Shown here: piece by piece, positions 1 to 15,398 of the stretch
Layout of the letters: every line of letters starts with the position of its first letter
How positions within the stretch are numbered: position 1 is the stretch's first letter
NCBI RefSeq assembly: GCF_009914755.1
Contig: NC_060933.1
Source: the human T2T-CHM13v2.0 reference genome, Homo sapiens
Direction: 5' to 3' (one strand)
DNA length: 64,000 bases
Notes under the pieces: generated by a model
What the model was told of the DNA's origin: nothing
The model's input: only the letters and a program-made list of their open reading frames with translations
Database searches by the model: none
Translations under genes and position numbers: made by a program

Positions 1-110
1 TGTTTATATCTATATCATAAAACATATATTAGATATATGTATGATGTCTTAATAATGTATTATATATTATATATATACACACACACACGCACACACCTAT
101 ACACACATAT
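1..110. repeat. (TA)n/(CA)n microsatellite
   Basis: Alternating TA and CA runs visible directly. Confidence 0.85.
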
Positions 111-429
111 AATCTCTCCTACATTTTATCAACAAATTGTATATGGTTTGAGCAGGGTTTGCTATGTACAGGGTTTGGGTGAATATAACTGCTTTCACCA
201 ACACGGTTTAGCTAAAAACATGTTTTGGAAAAAAAAAACTCTAGTCCAACCTAGCTAGAGTCTTTAGAAAGAATGAAAGAAAAGTTTTATAAAATAAGTA
301 GGAACAAAAATATGAAATTGTATATTTTTGTTTCTGCTCAATATTGATGGCAAATACTATTTTAAGTAACAAAAATCTTATTGTATAATAAATATAGAAA
401 GGATCAGAAAAATACAAAATTGCCATTCA

Positions 430-1100
430 GGAAACACTACAGTAGTAATTATTGCAGGCAAGATTCGCAAGGGATACCAAAATTACTGGGTGAAGCAGGA
501 TATTTGCATAATCTCACAGTATCTCCTACAGTATATTTATTAGCTATGAAGGGAAAAACACTAAATTTATGGTGGAAAAACCTAGTACATGCTACTTTCT
601 CATAGACAAAGTATATATCATTATCATGTACCTTGATATGATGTACTGAAAAGGACACAACATAGTTTCTGTAGTCTTTATGCCCAAAATTCAGAACCTT
701 AGTCTAATCATTCATAAATATTACATAAACCAAAGTGAGAGGCATTCCACAAAACAACTAAATGGTACTCATAAAATGTTTCAAGATAATGAAAGATAAA
801 GAGAGATTTAGCAATGGTCACAGATCAGCAGAAACTAAGGAAATGGAGCATTTAAATGCAATTCGACATAGTAATTTGGGTGCTGGAACAGAAGAAGAAT
901 ATTTGTTGAAAAACTAGTAAAATTCCAATAATGTCTCATATTAATTAATATTATAGTACCAGTGTTAATTATACAATTGTACAAATAAATTTTACAATGG
1001 CTATGTCAGTTGTTAACATTAGGGGAAGCTGGATATGGGGTACATACAAAAGGTACCATTTTTGCACAATTCCTGCTAGTCAATAATTATTCAAAAAAAA
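430..1100 (+). mobile_element. Ancient L1M (L1MC-like) 3' end
   Basis: Resembles L1MC 3' UTR (tgttaacattaggggaagctgg...tttttgca) and ends in an A-run; highly diverged. Confidence 0.55.
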
Positions 1101-1824
1101 TTCAAAGCCAATGCTTCAAGTAGGTCATGATGAAATGAAGGCAACATGCTCCAACATTTTCTTTGTAACCACTAAGTTATTTATTACCACTTTGCTAATG
1201 TTATAATTATTCACTATCCTGGTTTTTTCTCCAAATACAATGATGAGAATATATTACTTCTCCATATTTCATTATCAATAATACAAACCAATGGCCTAAG
1301 CCTGTTTTCTATTATTATATTTACCTAACCTAAAAATTTTTCATGTCTATTAGAGTATTTCATCAAATTCAAGACAAGCATTTATTGATTGCCATTATTT
1401 GCCATGCACTGAAGCAGCTGTAAGATGATTACATTTACCTGCATAAACTAATGAAAACTAGAAAAAATTTACATCTTCTATGCCTACTCTAACCCATTAT
1501 AAGTTAAAACTATTTTGAGAATTATTGATACATTTGCATGCATTTCATGGTTATATTCATGGTGGAAAACTTTATTAGCATCGAGAGAGTATCAAGAACC
1601 TGAAGAATTTTACTGTAATAGATTTGTATATAATGGTATGAGGTCATATAAGCATAAGAGTAAAATAAATTACCACATAATCAGCATTTTGTACCATAAA
1701 TGCTAATACTGAAAACAGCATGTGAGAAACACAACAGAATGTTATAGGCACAGAAGTAAATCACAGTGGACATTCCCTTGCTGGTAGAAGCAAGAGGAGG
1801 AGTACTTTAAAATCACTTGCAGGT

Positions 1825-1987
1825 GGCTGGGTCAAATGGTATTTCTAGATCTCGATCCTTGAGGAATCGCCACACTAATGTAAATGATGAGTTAATGGGT
1901 GCAGCACACCAACATGGCACATGTACACATACGTAACAAACCTGCATGTTGTGCACATGTACCCTAGAACTTAAAGTATAATAAAAA
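1825..1987 (+). mobile_element. Very short L1PA4/5-like insertion with 5' inversion
   Basis: Antisense ORF2-end piece 1825-1876, sense 3' UTR 1875-1987 with poly(A); 16-bp TSD AAAATCACTTGCAGGT at 1809-1824 and 1988-2003; TT/AAAA target. Confidence 0.92.
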
Positions 1988-2072
1988 AAAATCACTTGCA
2001 GGTAAGTTGCACTCTAGAGATTCCCATCTTAATAGTAATTTTTATTAACTTCATATTTTTACTTATAAAATT

Positions 2073-2378
<306 letters not shown>

Positions 2379-2936
2379 TTAAAAATCAATTTTATTTCTC
2401 ATTTAACTAGATTTTATAAAATATTTCATTAAAAAAAAAAGAACAAACAGTACTACACAACAGTGACACTCTCAGTAGTAAAATAGTTGGGTGGTAGAGA
2501 GTGCTACCTCACCAAGCTCAAAATCTTTGTCAGCTTCCAGGTAAAGGTCCAATTGGTTTATGATATATGATGACATATAACGCATTGACAAATATGTATC
2601 AAGATTCAGGAAGTGTTTATGTCAACTATGTAAAAAAAAAAAAAAAAAGGCCAAATCCTTTACAGTCCAAAATTTAATTAATGTTACTTTTTTTCTGTCA
2701 ATTTTCTTTTGTCACAGTTTAACTAATATACTCTCCTAAATACATCATTTCATAAAGCAAAGGAAGGGTAAAATAAGATTTCAGAAAAAGAAAAAGAAGA
2801 TTGAGGAATGGAGAAAAACATACCAGGTAAAAGGGATTTGGGACACCCAATAAGGTGGATAAAGGAAAAGAGGATAAAATAATGCTACTACAAAAGGTCA
2901 GAGACCTGAGAAAGATTAAAGACACAAAAGAAATGA

Positions 2937-3295
<359 letters not shown>

Positions 3296-3481
3296 TGTAT
3301 ACCACTTTTACAATCAGTAGACACTTGGGAAATACAAATAAATCATGAAGTTATAATTTTTCTAAAAATGTTTCTTTCCTTTTATTGTTTTATACACATA
3401 TGAATGTACAGAGGACAAGCTCCTAGTCAAATTTTCTTTCACAAAAGGATGCCATGAAAAAAGATATAAAAATAGCTCTCT

Positions 3482-3811
<330 letters not shown>

Positions 3812-4728
3812 CTAAGGGGTGGTAATGGATTTTATTTAAATCCCGTAGACACAGTATATAATATTAATCTGATACAAAAGAAAAAAATGTTTAAAGGGGG
3901 AGAAGTAAAAAGAAAAGCCCAAATAGCCACCAGGTGAGCTCCAGGTGGTTATAACATTTTAGGAAATGTGATAACCAAATCTGGCCATATTTTAAAGAAT
4001 ATTTTTTTTTTCTGCATGAAGTTGACATGCAATAATCAGTGAAGTGTTTAAACAACTATCTAACTCTTCTTTCATGGTCTTCATCTAGGGTCAAAATTAG
4101 ATCTAAAGTGGAAACAACTAAAAGAACCCTCTGCTTTAGTTATCGCTTTACTCACAAGTTTCCGGTGCCTCTCTAACACTTTCAAAAATTGATTCAAAGT
4201 CCTTCATTAAGTTTATGTCTATATTTCATCACCTATCAGCCTACCTGACACATTATACATGTTTAAATATTTTCTGGCTGGCTACATGGACATCTGGAGG
4301 GATCTTATAACATTTTTTGCCTTTCCATACATAGTATTTATTGTAGTCTACTTTGAGTTGATATTTATATTTGTATGCCTATATATTTTTCTAAATAGGA
4401 ATTACATGTTAAAACGTTTCAGAAACCAGGCTCTAACTTTGGTGGAGAAAGCATTAATATACATCCAAGGTAAGCATCATCAAGCGGAATGCCTTGGCCT
4501 ATAGGCAAGTTCCCGTAGCGTATGAGATTTTCAGTGCGTAACTATTCAAGCTTGGGAAGTGCACTGGATGTCACATAAGAAGTTCACAGAATATAAATAA
4601 ACTCAAACAATAAATTACTTGCTCCAAAATATTTTATTCTGCACTATTTTTCCCTGTTCACAGGCCAAGACACTCTACTGAGGGGGAGATAATCGACATA
4701 TTCCCTAGGTGATTAAAACTTTTAAATC

Positions 4729-5050
<322 letters not shown>

Positions 5051-7053
5051 TTATCAGGACAAGTGCAAATCAAACTTAAGGTAAACATTGTAGCTACTGA
5101 AATCTCTCATAAATTCTCTGGATGAACTTCAATTATATTCAGGTCTTCAAAAACAGAGGTTAATCATTTGAGCAAATATTTTATTTATCTTTGTGAAACA
5201 ACTAAAAGAACACACATAATTTCTTAACTTCATGGGATCAAAGATGATCTTAGCAGGCCAGAACCTCTTTCTAATCTGGTCCCAATTTCCTCTAATTTTA
5301 ATGTAGAGGTGGGAATATCTGGCTGGGAATCTAGACTGTACTATTCGTTAGCTCTCCATCCTCAGATTTAATGTACCCAAGTCTCGAGTTTCATAGCCTT
5401 AAAAAGTGAATGTTTGTTTTGTTTTCTTGGTGTATTGTCTTGGACATTGGACAATTTTTCTTAAATGAGAAAAAATATGGCAAAGAATTTTATAAAATGT
5501 TTATCCTCCTCATCATCTAATTTGTTTCCTGCCGCTGAAAGCCACCTTCCCCACGGGCTTGAGAATGACACCTGTCCACTGTGTCAGCAGTTGGTTTGCT
5601 TCCCTGCTTATTGTTTTCTCTATGAAATCTTAAAACCTAACTAAGGCTTTGCTGCCCACTGCAGGTGGAGAGGAGAATAAATCAATTCCCTTCTGCCTGA
5701 TTTCAGTGGCTTTATCTCAAATGTTTTGTAAGTTATTCTGTTGCTAATTAAACAATCTCATTTATAGATATTTTCTTCCTATGAACTCAATACTAGGTTA
5801 ATAGGTATAAATATAAGTTTTGATCAATTATTAAATCCATAACAAAGAAAAATAACAAGGACTTAATGTATATCAATAATTATGTTAGCTTGAAATTAGA
5901 CATTCACACAAATGTTTGTCTGTCAAATTCAGTTCTTATATTTTTGGCTATTTTCATATTAAAATTGTCTAATGAATCTCTTCAAAACTTGTAATGTGTT
6001 TCAGTAGTTGCCTAGAATGGGACCAAGTATGACAATAGGCAATAAATATATTTTGAATAAATGAATGGATCTACACTAATATACAAGTACATGTAAAAAC
6101 CCAAACTAGCCTTATAACAAGTATGGTAACTAGTTCAGTTTGAACAGGTCCTATGGCATCTTGGAAGACAGATGGTTCAGTACATATCATAAATATATAT
6201 AATGAACCAGAAAACGTAATAGATAAATGCACTGTGTTTTAACAGCTTATAGTAGAATGCATTAAAGGATTTTCCTTAAAATTTCTACTCTAGTAAAATT
6301 TTGTTACAGATTTTTTTTAGGAACTATAAAATATTTTTTCCCACTGTCTTTTTGTTATGCTGCATATAGCCATCATTAAGGGGATTCTCAGCTGGTTTTA
6401 AAAGATTTTAGTTTAGTTATATCCTCAGTTAATTGTGTTAGCTAAAATCGGATTATACCTTTAAAAATGAAAAAGGTGTTCTGGAATTATTTGTTAACTG
6501 CACACGTTTGTTCTTTAAGAAATTCATAAGATCATAGAATCATGTTTTTTTTAAGCTGAAATAGACTTTAAAAGATGGTAAATGTAAGAAGTTTGTTTTG
6601 AACCTGTGCAATTATAATAACGACCTTTAATTCTTTTCTAATGGCCTAGATGGAATTAATTGGTTATTTCAATATCAGGGCTCATCTTGTGTGGAATCAT
6701 AAAAGAGTCTCTTTCTTATAATGGGTTCTATCACCCCTGATGATAAGTTTCTCTATCAAGCTTATTTAACATGTTCTGAAAGCACATTTTTAAGAGCCTT
6801 GGCATTCTCTGTCTTTCTTCCTTTCATCTTTCTTTTACATTATTTGCAGGGAGGAAGAATCCATTTTTGTTTCTTTGTAATTTTGTTTTGGTCAAGCTAT
6901 CATTTAGATCTTACCAACAGTCTTTCCTTTTAATTATGTTTCCTATATTGAGACTTTTTTTGATTGGAAATAGTATACTATTTACAAAAATCGAGAAATC
7001 ATTTTTTGCTTATGGGAAGTTATAAGCTATCCAATTTCTAAATAGCAGCCATG

Positions 7054-7067
7054 CTGCCATCTTCTGG
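7054..7067 (-). promoter_or_regulatory. Candidate CTCF core motif (overlaps YY1-like AAGATGGC)
   Basis: Minus strand CCAGAAGATGGCAG matches CCASYAGRKGGCRS at 13 of 14 positions; motif match only. Confidence 0.35.
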
Positions 7068-9349
7068 TTATCTTGTAAGAATTTTCTTATGCTTAGAAGC
7101 TTTATTTTAAAATGCATCTTGATGTACCTTGAATTTTTTTTTATGTCTACTAAGGACACATATTTGAATAATTAGAGCACTGCATCTAGAGTTCTGTTGT
7201 CCTGAAGTCCTAAAGCAAATAAAAACTTAAGTCTTATCATTTTAAATATTATAATCGAATGGGACTCCAAGGATTAAAAAAAATGTTTTATCCCATGATT
7301 TGGAGGCCAGTGAGATTTTCTGACACTTTTTAAAAAATCACATTACTCTTTATTTTTTTCACAGCTTTTCAGTGTGGCAGCAAGATGACCACCCTTCCCT
7401 CAGTGAGTGTGAAACTTTTCCAAATCCACAGTTCCTGTTAATATTAGTACTGCATGTTATTTAATGCTGTTTCAGGTAGCACTGAACCACTTGCCAATTT
7501 AACTGTCTTATTTCATTTGAAAACTCTGCCAGCACCTATAGTGCAGGCCAAGGGCCACAAAGGAAGGGTAGAAGGAAGCGAGAGTTTCATCTATCTTTAA
7601 GAGCTTTTTCATTTTAAGTGATCATTAAGACTTATAGCACTCTTTTTTTGTACATTAGTGTAACCTAATGATGTTCAATTTTTGTATGTGTGAAAATTCC
7701 CATTTACCCCACTGGCATTCTTCTCCTAGTAGCCCTGGAGGAAAAAATAGAACAATTTTAGGAGATAAATTTATGTCTCACACTGAAAACTGATTTTAAA
7801 ATGTAAGATATTACATACATTGCTTCAAATTCAAATGAGGAAGTACACTCAGTGGCTTCAAGCTCTGTGCTATTTTCAGATGACTATATGAGAGTATAAA
7901 TCATAATAGCTCATTGAAAATCAGAATGCAAATGGCCCCAGTAAATGTTTAGCAACAGAGGATTTTCTCAACTGTTTATTAAGAGCAATCCAAAATCTAA
8001 AGCAGCTGGGACAGGTGCTAATTTCAATCCTGTTATTTGTAATTAGTGATGAAATTTAATGGTGTTTATAAGTAACTCTGAAACATTTGTCATATAAACA
8101 TGGTCTAAATTTAAGGGGTATTAAAATGGAGTTTTTAAGCTTAATAGACTTGGGCAAACAGGTATTTTGAATAATCAACACCTCTGAGAGCATATACCAA
8201 ATTTAAATGGCAAAATTGGCCCATTTATTGTAGGCACAAAAATGACCTTGTAACTTCTGGATACTGTGTGTGAATGGATATGGATGTGAATTGTACCATA
8301 CCTAGATGGTTGATTACTATTTGTTTACTAAAATACAGGACCTGAAATTCCATTATTTTGCCATGACAAAATTATTTTTAGTCTCCTATATTCACAAAAA
8401 TTGCTATTATCATAAGTTGATAGATGCCAATTGAATGGAAATTTTATCATCCCATAGCTTTACTATGAATAAAATGGATGTATCTATAAAAAGTGCCATT
8501 TGATCCATTTCTCTGAGTTGTTTTGTTTTCTTCCAATTACGAAGACATCATCTTTTTTCATATCCAGAAACAAAAGTAAAACTCCTACTTGGTCAAACTC
8601 ATGATCTTCTATTATCAGCAGCAAAGTAGAAGTAAATGTATTAAAATGCCCACACATATGTATATGTTATCAATATAAGTAGATAGACAAATGGATGGAT
8701 GGACGGACAGATAGATATGTACGTCTGTCAACATGTGTTTCCTAAATTTATTTTATGCTGTTAAGAAAGATTATCTCTGTTAGTAAAAAGCATAAATTAT
8801 TTATTCAGAAATTTACTCCTATTATATATATCCTAAACGTGAATCAAGCGGGAAAAATTTTTTATTCAGTATTTTCAAAGGTTTCAAATTCAGCTCAGAA
8901 TATATTATTTTAGAAAAAAAAATGTAATGGTAAAAAGTATCTTATTTGTTCTTCCTTCTGTGTAGTTCCTACTTGGTTTCCATTAGATTAAATCCCAAAT
9001 TCCAGTTAACTTTAATAAATGGACAAAAAGTATAAAATAGTAACAATATTAAGATTAAAAAGTTTTGAGGATAAAATGGGACTTTTAGTTGTATGGTACT
9101 GGAAATAGTTTATGAAATTCAACCCACTACTTCCTAAAATATAAGAGTATCAAAGAGCTGAAGAATAATCAAAAGGAGTAAGAAATAAAAAGACTTAATC
9201 TGATTCCACCAACATGTATTGATCTTTTGTCCTACGCGAGGCATTAAGCTAGGTTAAAAAATACGTGTTTGGCACTTGTCCTTCCCTCAGGTGTTCAGAG
9301 CTCATCAAGAGAGTTAGACAGATAAACATCTATTAAAACAATACAATGA

Positions 9350-9448
9350 ATGTATATATGTACATGTATATATATATATACATGTATATATACATATGTG
9401 TGTGTGTGTATATATATATATATACACGTACATATACATATATATATA
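9350..9448. repeat. (TA)n/(TG)n microsatellite
   Basis: Seen directly. Confidence 0.9.
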
Positions 9449-9809
9449 TGGTGTTCCAAAAAGTACAAATTACAGTCCCATTAATTATGCCCATGTTGAC
9501 CATGGAAGGTGTTACCAAGAAATGACATAAGGACTAGGCCTTAAAGGATGCTTAGATTTTTGCAAGGCAAATGAGTGGGTATTTGAAAAAACATGAGTAA
9601 TATAGTGAAAGGTATGGAGACTTAACGATTTATGGTATTTGGGGTACTGGTGGCAGAGGCAAAAGTGAGTGTATCAATGTGGCTAGAGCAGAGAAGGCAT
9701 GGGGGGTATATGTAGATGAAAAAATAGAGAGGTAAGTGAGGGATACTGAATGATAAGCTAATCAAACAAGGAGAATTTAGACTCTTTAAAGAGATGAGTC
9801 TTGATGATA

Positions 9810-10010
9810 ATCATGACTAACATTGTTTGTCGACTATTTCACATGTGAGATTTAATCTGATCTTCAAAAGAGCCCTGAAATATAAGAATTACTATGTTCT
9901 CAATTTTACAGATAATAAAACCATGGCTTAGAGAAGATAAATATTCTGTCTGGAATCAAACCTGTAGTAAGTAACTCAAACTGAGTATCTCTCTAAAGGT
10001 CTTATCTCTT
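9810..10010 (-). mobile_element. MIR
   Basis: MIR core-like attttacagataataaaaccatggcttagagaag. Confidence 0.55.
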
Positions 10011-10188
10011 CTGCTAAACTGCCAACCTGACTAGAATGGTGTTTTAAAAGATAACTTTACTGGCAGTGCTAAATTAGAATAAATTGAAGGGAAGAGAACC
10101 TAAAAGGGGAAGATAACAGTTTAGAAGATGCTGCAATCATCTAAACCAGAAATATCACAGGTCTAAATGAATGAGGGAGTGGAAAGAG

Positions 10189-11404
10189 CAGAGGTAGCTT
10201 CACCTTAAAACCAACAGCTTGAGCTTCAATGTGCTCACTGGCACAGGCCACTCCCAAGCCCCTGGGAGGAGCCCTTGCATGGGCTTCACATGATCATATA
10301 TGGTTTAAAACGTGAGAATACTTTAACTATATATAGTTAAGGCTCCTGTCTCTTTCTACTTTGTCTTCCAATCTGTCACACTTTTGCTCCTGTCCTATGG
10401 TGTTGGAAAGGCCACATGTATTTGGAGATCTGGATAGAGAAATATTTGAGAATATATTTAATTTGGAAATAGTGGGGTATATTGAGTTTTAGAATAGTGG
10501 GACCTAACTATCCCATCGTAGGGAAAGTTTTTAGGAATACTATCACCAGATATTAACTCACCCAGCTTTGAAATACTGTTATAGGGCTAGAGATCTGATC
10601 ACAATATTGAGGGCCATTGCCACCCAGCCAAGGAAGCATTTGGATAGTGGAAAAAAACAAGGTTTGTATTTAAGGAACCAAAAACAAGTCTGAGGAAAAT
10701 TCGTATTCATGAAACAAATAAAGTATAAGCATAGTATTGTGTTATCATTGATACTTAGTCAAAAAGGGACGTCAAAAGGGAGTATACATGCTAGATAATG
10801 AAGCATATACAATTATAAACATGTCATTAACCTTTTTCTTATTTTTGATGGAAATAAAATAAAATAGATTTGATTAGTATTTCTTTGTGGTAGGACAAAA
10901 ACCTCCAGCAGTACTTCAAACTGCAAATACACCTGTGTATGAAGTTGCATGGTTTATGTTTCCTATTGTATCCTATTGTATCAGATCATGTCTTACCACA
11001 TCTGACACATCTTCTTCTGACAATGTCTGGGAGTTCCAGACTAAACAGTAGGTAAAATTGCCACTGACATAACAAAATGATCCAAATATACTAGAAAAAA
11101 TAAAAAGTACATTTCTAGTCTCTCTACAGAAACTATCACAGGATTGTTTCTATGTGAAGAATATATCAATGACTATGCACCACCGTCACAAGAAAAAAGA
11201 AAATATATAGAATTACAGAATTATATTAAGAAAAAGATTCTTCTAAATTTTAAGGTATTTTTCAGTTTTTTTAATATGCAATTTATTGTGATTTCTTTGT
11301 TCATTCTAATCAAATATTCACTTCCAAACAGAGGCTGTATTTTTAAAGAGGATCCCCAAATGGATACTAAGTTTTGTTTCTGAAACACAAATCCTTTCCT
11401 CAGT
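10189..11404 (+). mobile_element. Arthur1-family (hAT-Tip100) DNA transposon
   Basis: Start cagaggtagcttcacc...gagcttc and cccctgggagggagcccttgca match my recall of the Arthur1 5' end; end resembles the 3' terminus. Confidence 0.6.
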
Positions 11405-12009
11405 TGAAAGAAGAAGAAGAAAAGGAGGCTGGGATATCTGAGAAACGTTTTGAAGATAAACTTGCTAATACTTCTTAATCCAGTTGCAGGGAGAGTAAGA
11501 TAAAATTCCATGGTGCCTATCATGGATAGAGTACTGAAAAGGATTCAAGGTTTGCATAGAAGACAGCTCAATTTTAGATATGTGCTGTCTGAGGAATCAA
11601 TGAAATTACGGGAAGAAATATCCGGGAGGAGGTTGAAATGATGGCTCTGATGTTCAGGAGAAAATTGAAAAATAGTCATGTAAATTTGAAGAAACTAAGC
11701 ATTTGCTGACAGCTAAAGCTAAGAAAGTAGATGAGAATTCTCAGGGAGGGACTTTTCAGTTGGAAGAAATGAAGAGAGGTACAAAACCTGTAGCCTGATA
11801 AATGTGTGGAGTAAAATGAGGAACCAAAGCACATAAAAGAAGAAAAAACAAGCAAAAATTGCATTCAAAAAGGTAGGCAAGAACTAGTAGAAAGCTGAAT
11901 TTGGAAGGTAAAGTCGGAAAGGACTTCATGAAAAACCTAAAAATAGCAAAGTCTTCAGGAATGAAAGGGCCATGAGGACTGAGAAAAGGATGCTAGTGTT
12001 TTGGGGTTC

Positions 12010-12150
12010 CTTTAAACCACTTTATTGAGGTATGATTTGGCATATACAAAGCTACATAAATTCAACATATACAACTTGATGAGTTTGGAGAGAAGTATAC
12101 ACCATTACGTCATTGCCACAATCAAGGCCATAAACTTATTCATCATCTGA
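12010..12150 (-). mobile_element. L1MB-like 3' end fragment
   Basis: ctttattgaggtatgattt...acaacttgatgagtttgg is typical of an antisense L1M 3' terminus. Confidence 0.6.
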
Positions 12151-12696
12151 ATAGTAATATTTAAAAGGATGGTGGTAAACTCAGTGTAAGAAGTTTTTAT
12201 CAACTAATAGAGATGGAAGATTGAACATAGTTTTCTGAATAGTAGATGGGATATCTGAGAGCAAAGACAGTGGTCACACACTGTACTTTAAAGAAATACA
12301 TGGGGAAGGAATAAAAAACACATTTTAGAAGAGAGTGTTACAAAGTATTTGGTACAGAATTAGCTTAATTTAAAAAAATACAACATATGCATAAAATATC
12401 TAGATTTATACCAAAATAGTAATACCCTAGGTAGCAGAATTTCAGGCAGTTTTTTTTTTTTTTTTTTTTTTTTTAAACAGGCAGTTTAGTTGTTTGGGTT
12501 TTTTTGCATGTATTTCAAATTTTTAAAAAAATTAAATTATTTTATAAGAAAATACTATAAATTACATATTTAAAATGTGCAAAGCAAATTTATAAAATTT
12601 AAGAAGGTAATTATTGTTTAAGAAAGTAGTAGTTAAGATTAGAAGGTTCTGGAAAATAAGGAAAACATCAAAGATAATAGATGGACCAAAAATCTA

Positions 12697-13080
<384 letters not shown>

Positions 13081-13398
13081 TCATCCTCTGTCATAAAATT
13101 GGGAAGGAAGTAGTAATAAAGTTAGAAAATGATGGATTTGAGGTGAAATAAAAGTAAGTTAAAGAGTTAATGTCTGAATACACGAATGTTCTTGATCATA
13201 TTAGAGATACATATTTCAGCAAAATTTGAAAAAGTCAAAAGACGATTGGAACCTCACAGAATAGCCACCAGGGAGAGAGGACAAGGAAGGGAAATAAAAC
13301 AAAAGAATTTACCAAGTGATATTGGGGGCCCAAGCAGTGTCTGATAATCATAAATTTTAATAAATTAATAAATACTATGTTATTTTCTTCGATAACAT

Positions 13399-13860
13399 TG
13401 TAGGGGAGGAAGCCTTTATTCATTCCTCACTAGATTTATGGCTGAGACATATGTAATAAAAGAGGTCAACAAGGGAAAATCATATTTATTTAATATGAGT
13501 TTTACCTGACACAGACACCTTCAGAAATGAAGACTCAAAGAAATAGAGAAACCTGTGTATTTTTACGCTACATTTGATGAAGTAAATAGTTGTGAAGTAT
13601 GATTGGACAAAAAGGATATGATCTAATGGGAATAAATTGGGGGGAATTTATCAAGGGTTGTTTGTTCAGTTTCCTCTGTGTCCTTGTGTCTTCAGACATA
13701 AGGACGTTCCTTTCTTCCAAGGATAGGGAAGGGACTTCTCAGACAAGAATCTTATGACCCATTTCATGGGAGAAGGTCAGAGAATGACCTTTCTGCTTCT
13801 GCTATTTTTCTCAAATGTTAAGATGCCATATTTTGGGGTATCATGTTCTGAATTCCATCA
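13399..13860 (-). mobile_element. Solo ERV1 LTR, MER31-like
   Basis: TG...CA termini; end gccatattttggggta...ccatca is the reverse complement of the MER31 5' end; ACAT/GCAT 4-bp flanks. Confidence 0.7.
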
Positions 13861-15398
13861 GCATGCAGCAGCCTAGAAGTAGAAATGCAGTAAGAAATGG
13901 TTTGGAATAAGCCATATGTAGAGAAGAGAACAAGAAGGAAATAAAGTAGTTGCTGAGAGCGCAGGTAAAATGACTGATTTATGAAGCAGACACAGCAAAT
14001 TGGAAGCAAAATCAGGTAGAGGTCTTAGATATGGAGATATAATCAGAGATTAGAAAATATCACCCAAATTACCAAAGCATAGTGGGTGTGAATCTCTAAT
14101 CCTGAGACATAATGGAGGTAAAATGTTTTGGTTTTTCTTTTAATGTTTTTAAAAATGCTTTGTTCTCAAAAATATTTTGAAAGTTGGGACATTTTTCACA
14201 TTAGATCCCCATCTTACTTATTAACGTAACATCAGAACATTATTCCTGTTATTATTACGGGAATGACTGCAGAATCAAAACTTATATATCTTATCTACAC
14301 ATTTTAAAATTCATTTGACCAGAAGGTTCCCTCCAATTTATATATTTTAAAAATAAATGCAATTAACTTCCATATAGCAAATAAATGAGATAGGTTTGTA
14401 GTCAGGTTGAAGAGCACATTAAATGCTAATAGATTAGGTTGAGATAATATGTTTTGGAAGGAGAGTTAAACTTAAAAATTAAAGATCTTATAGAGAGAGC
14501 AATTATAGAATGTAGCTCTTTAAATGAGTTAATCAATAGAATAGAATCAAAGACCACTGGAATTTGAAAGTCTTCAGAGTTCAGAATGGAACATTCAGAG
14601 GATACTAAAGTTATCCACAATGTTTTGAAGCCCTAAGGGTAGAAAGGGACTCTAAAGGCCAGGCCAAATACTTCTAAAAATGAAAGTAACCACTTGCAAA
14701 TCAGTAAGCCTTGCTTTTGAAAGAATGATACACTGTGTTTCCTTGGGGGCAGATAAGGAAGAGTCATAACCTAAGTGTTGTCAGTTCAATATTCCATAAA
14801 CACTAATGAGAACCAAGGTAAAGCATACATTTGCTAATGCTAAAATTCACAAGAGACCGAACTGTCTCTTTACAAACAATAAAAAGGGGGGTAAGCATTA
14901 GAGGAAGGTTAGGCTTCAATAAAAGTTGGAAATAAAATGATGTCCCAATGAATATAAATAAAGGGTTAAAAGTAACAAAAGAGTTTGAGGCCTTAACAAA
15001 AGGACAAAGCAAGGAAGATGAAATAGTCATCTAAAGGGAATCTAGACTGAGAGAGACTAGGTGGAGAGCTTTCTTTTTGAACTCTGATTAATCACGAAGA
15101 CAAAAGAAAAAGACTTAGAAACACAGAGAAAAAGGACAAGGATTAAACCTGCTTCAAAGTACAAAAAGAAATTCCTTTCAGTCTCCAAATTTTCATTCTC
15201 AACTATTCCTACAGGTGGATGAGCCACTTGACATTCTTGTCAAAAGAAAAAATAATAATAAAATATTGAATTCCCGAAGAGATTTCTGTCAAAATAAGTA
15301 AAATAAAGTTTCCAAAGTGAAATACATTTTGGAAGTCCTGCATACCACACTCTTTTGGGATTATCTTAATGCCCATTTGTTTTATAAAATGTTTGATT

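Larger units (their letters stand above)
9200..12300 (-). mobile_element. Fragmented L2 interrupted by a microsatellite, MIR, Arthur1 and L1M
   Basis: L2-like segments at about 9200-9800, 10020-10185, 11410-12000 and 12150-12300; very diverged. Confidence 0.5.

Noticed and set aside
9361-9386. 26-bp palindrome within a TA microsatellite
   Set aside because: Largely a trivial result of (TA)n self-complementarity
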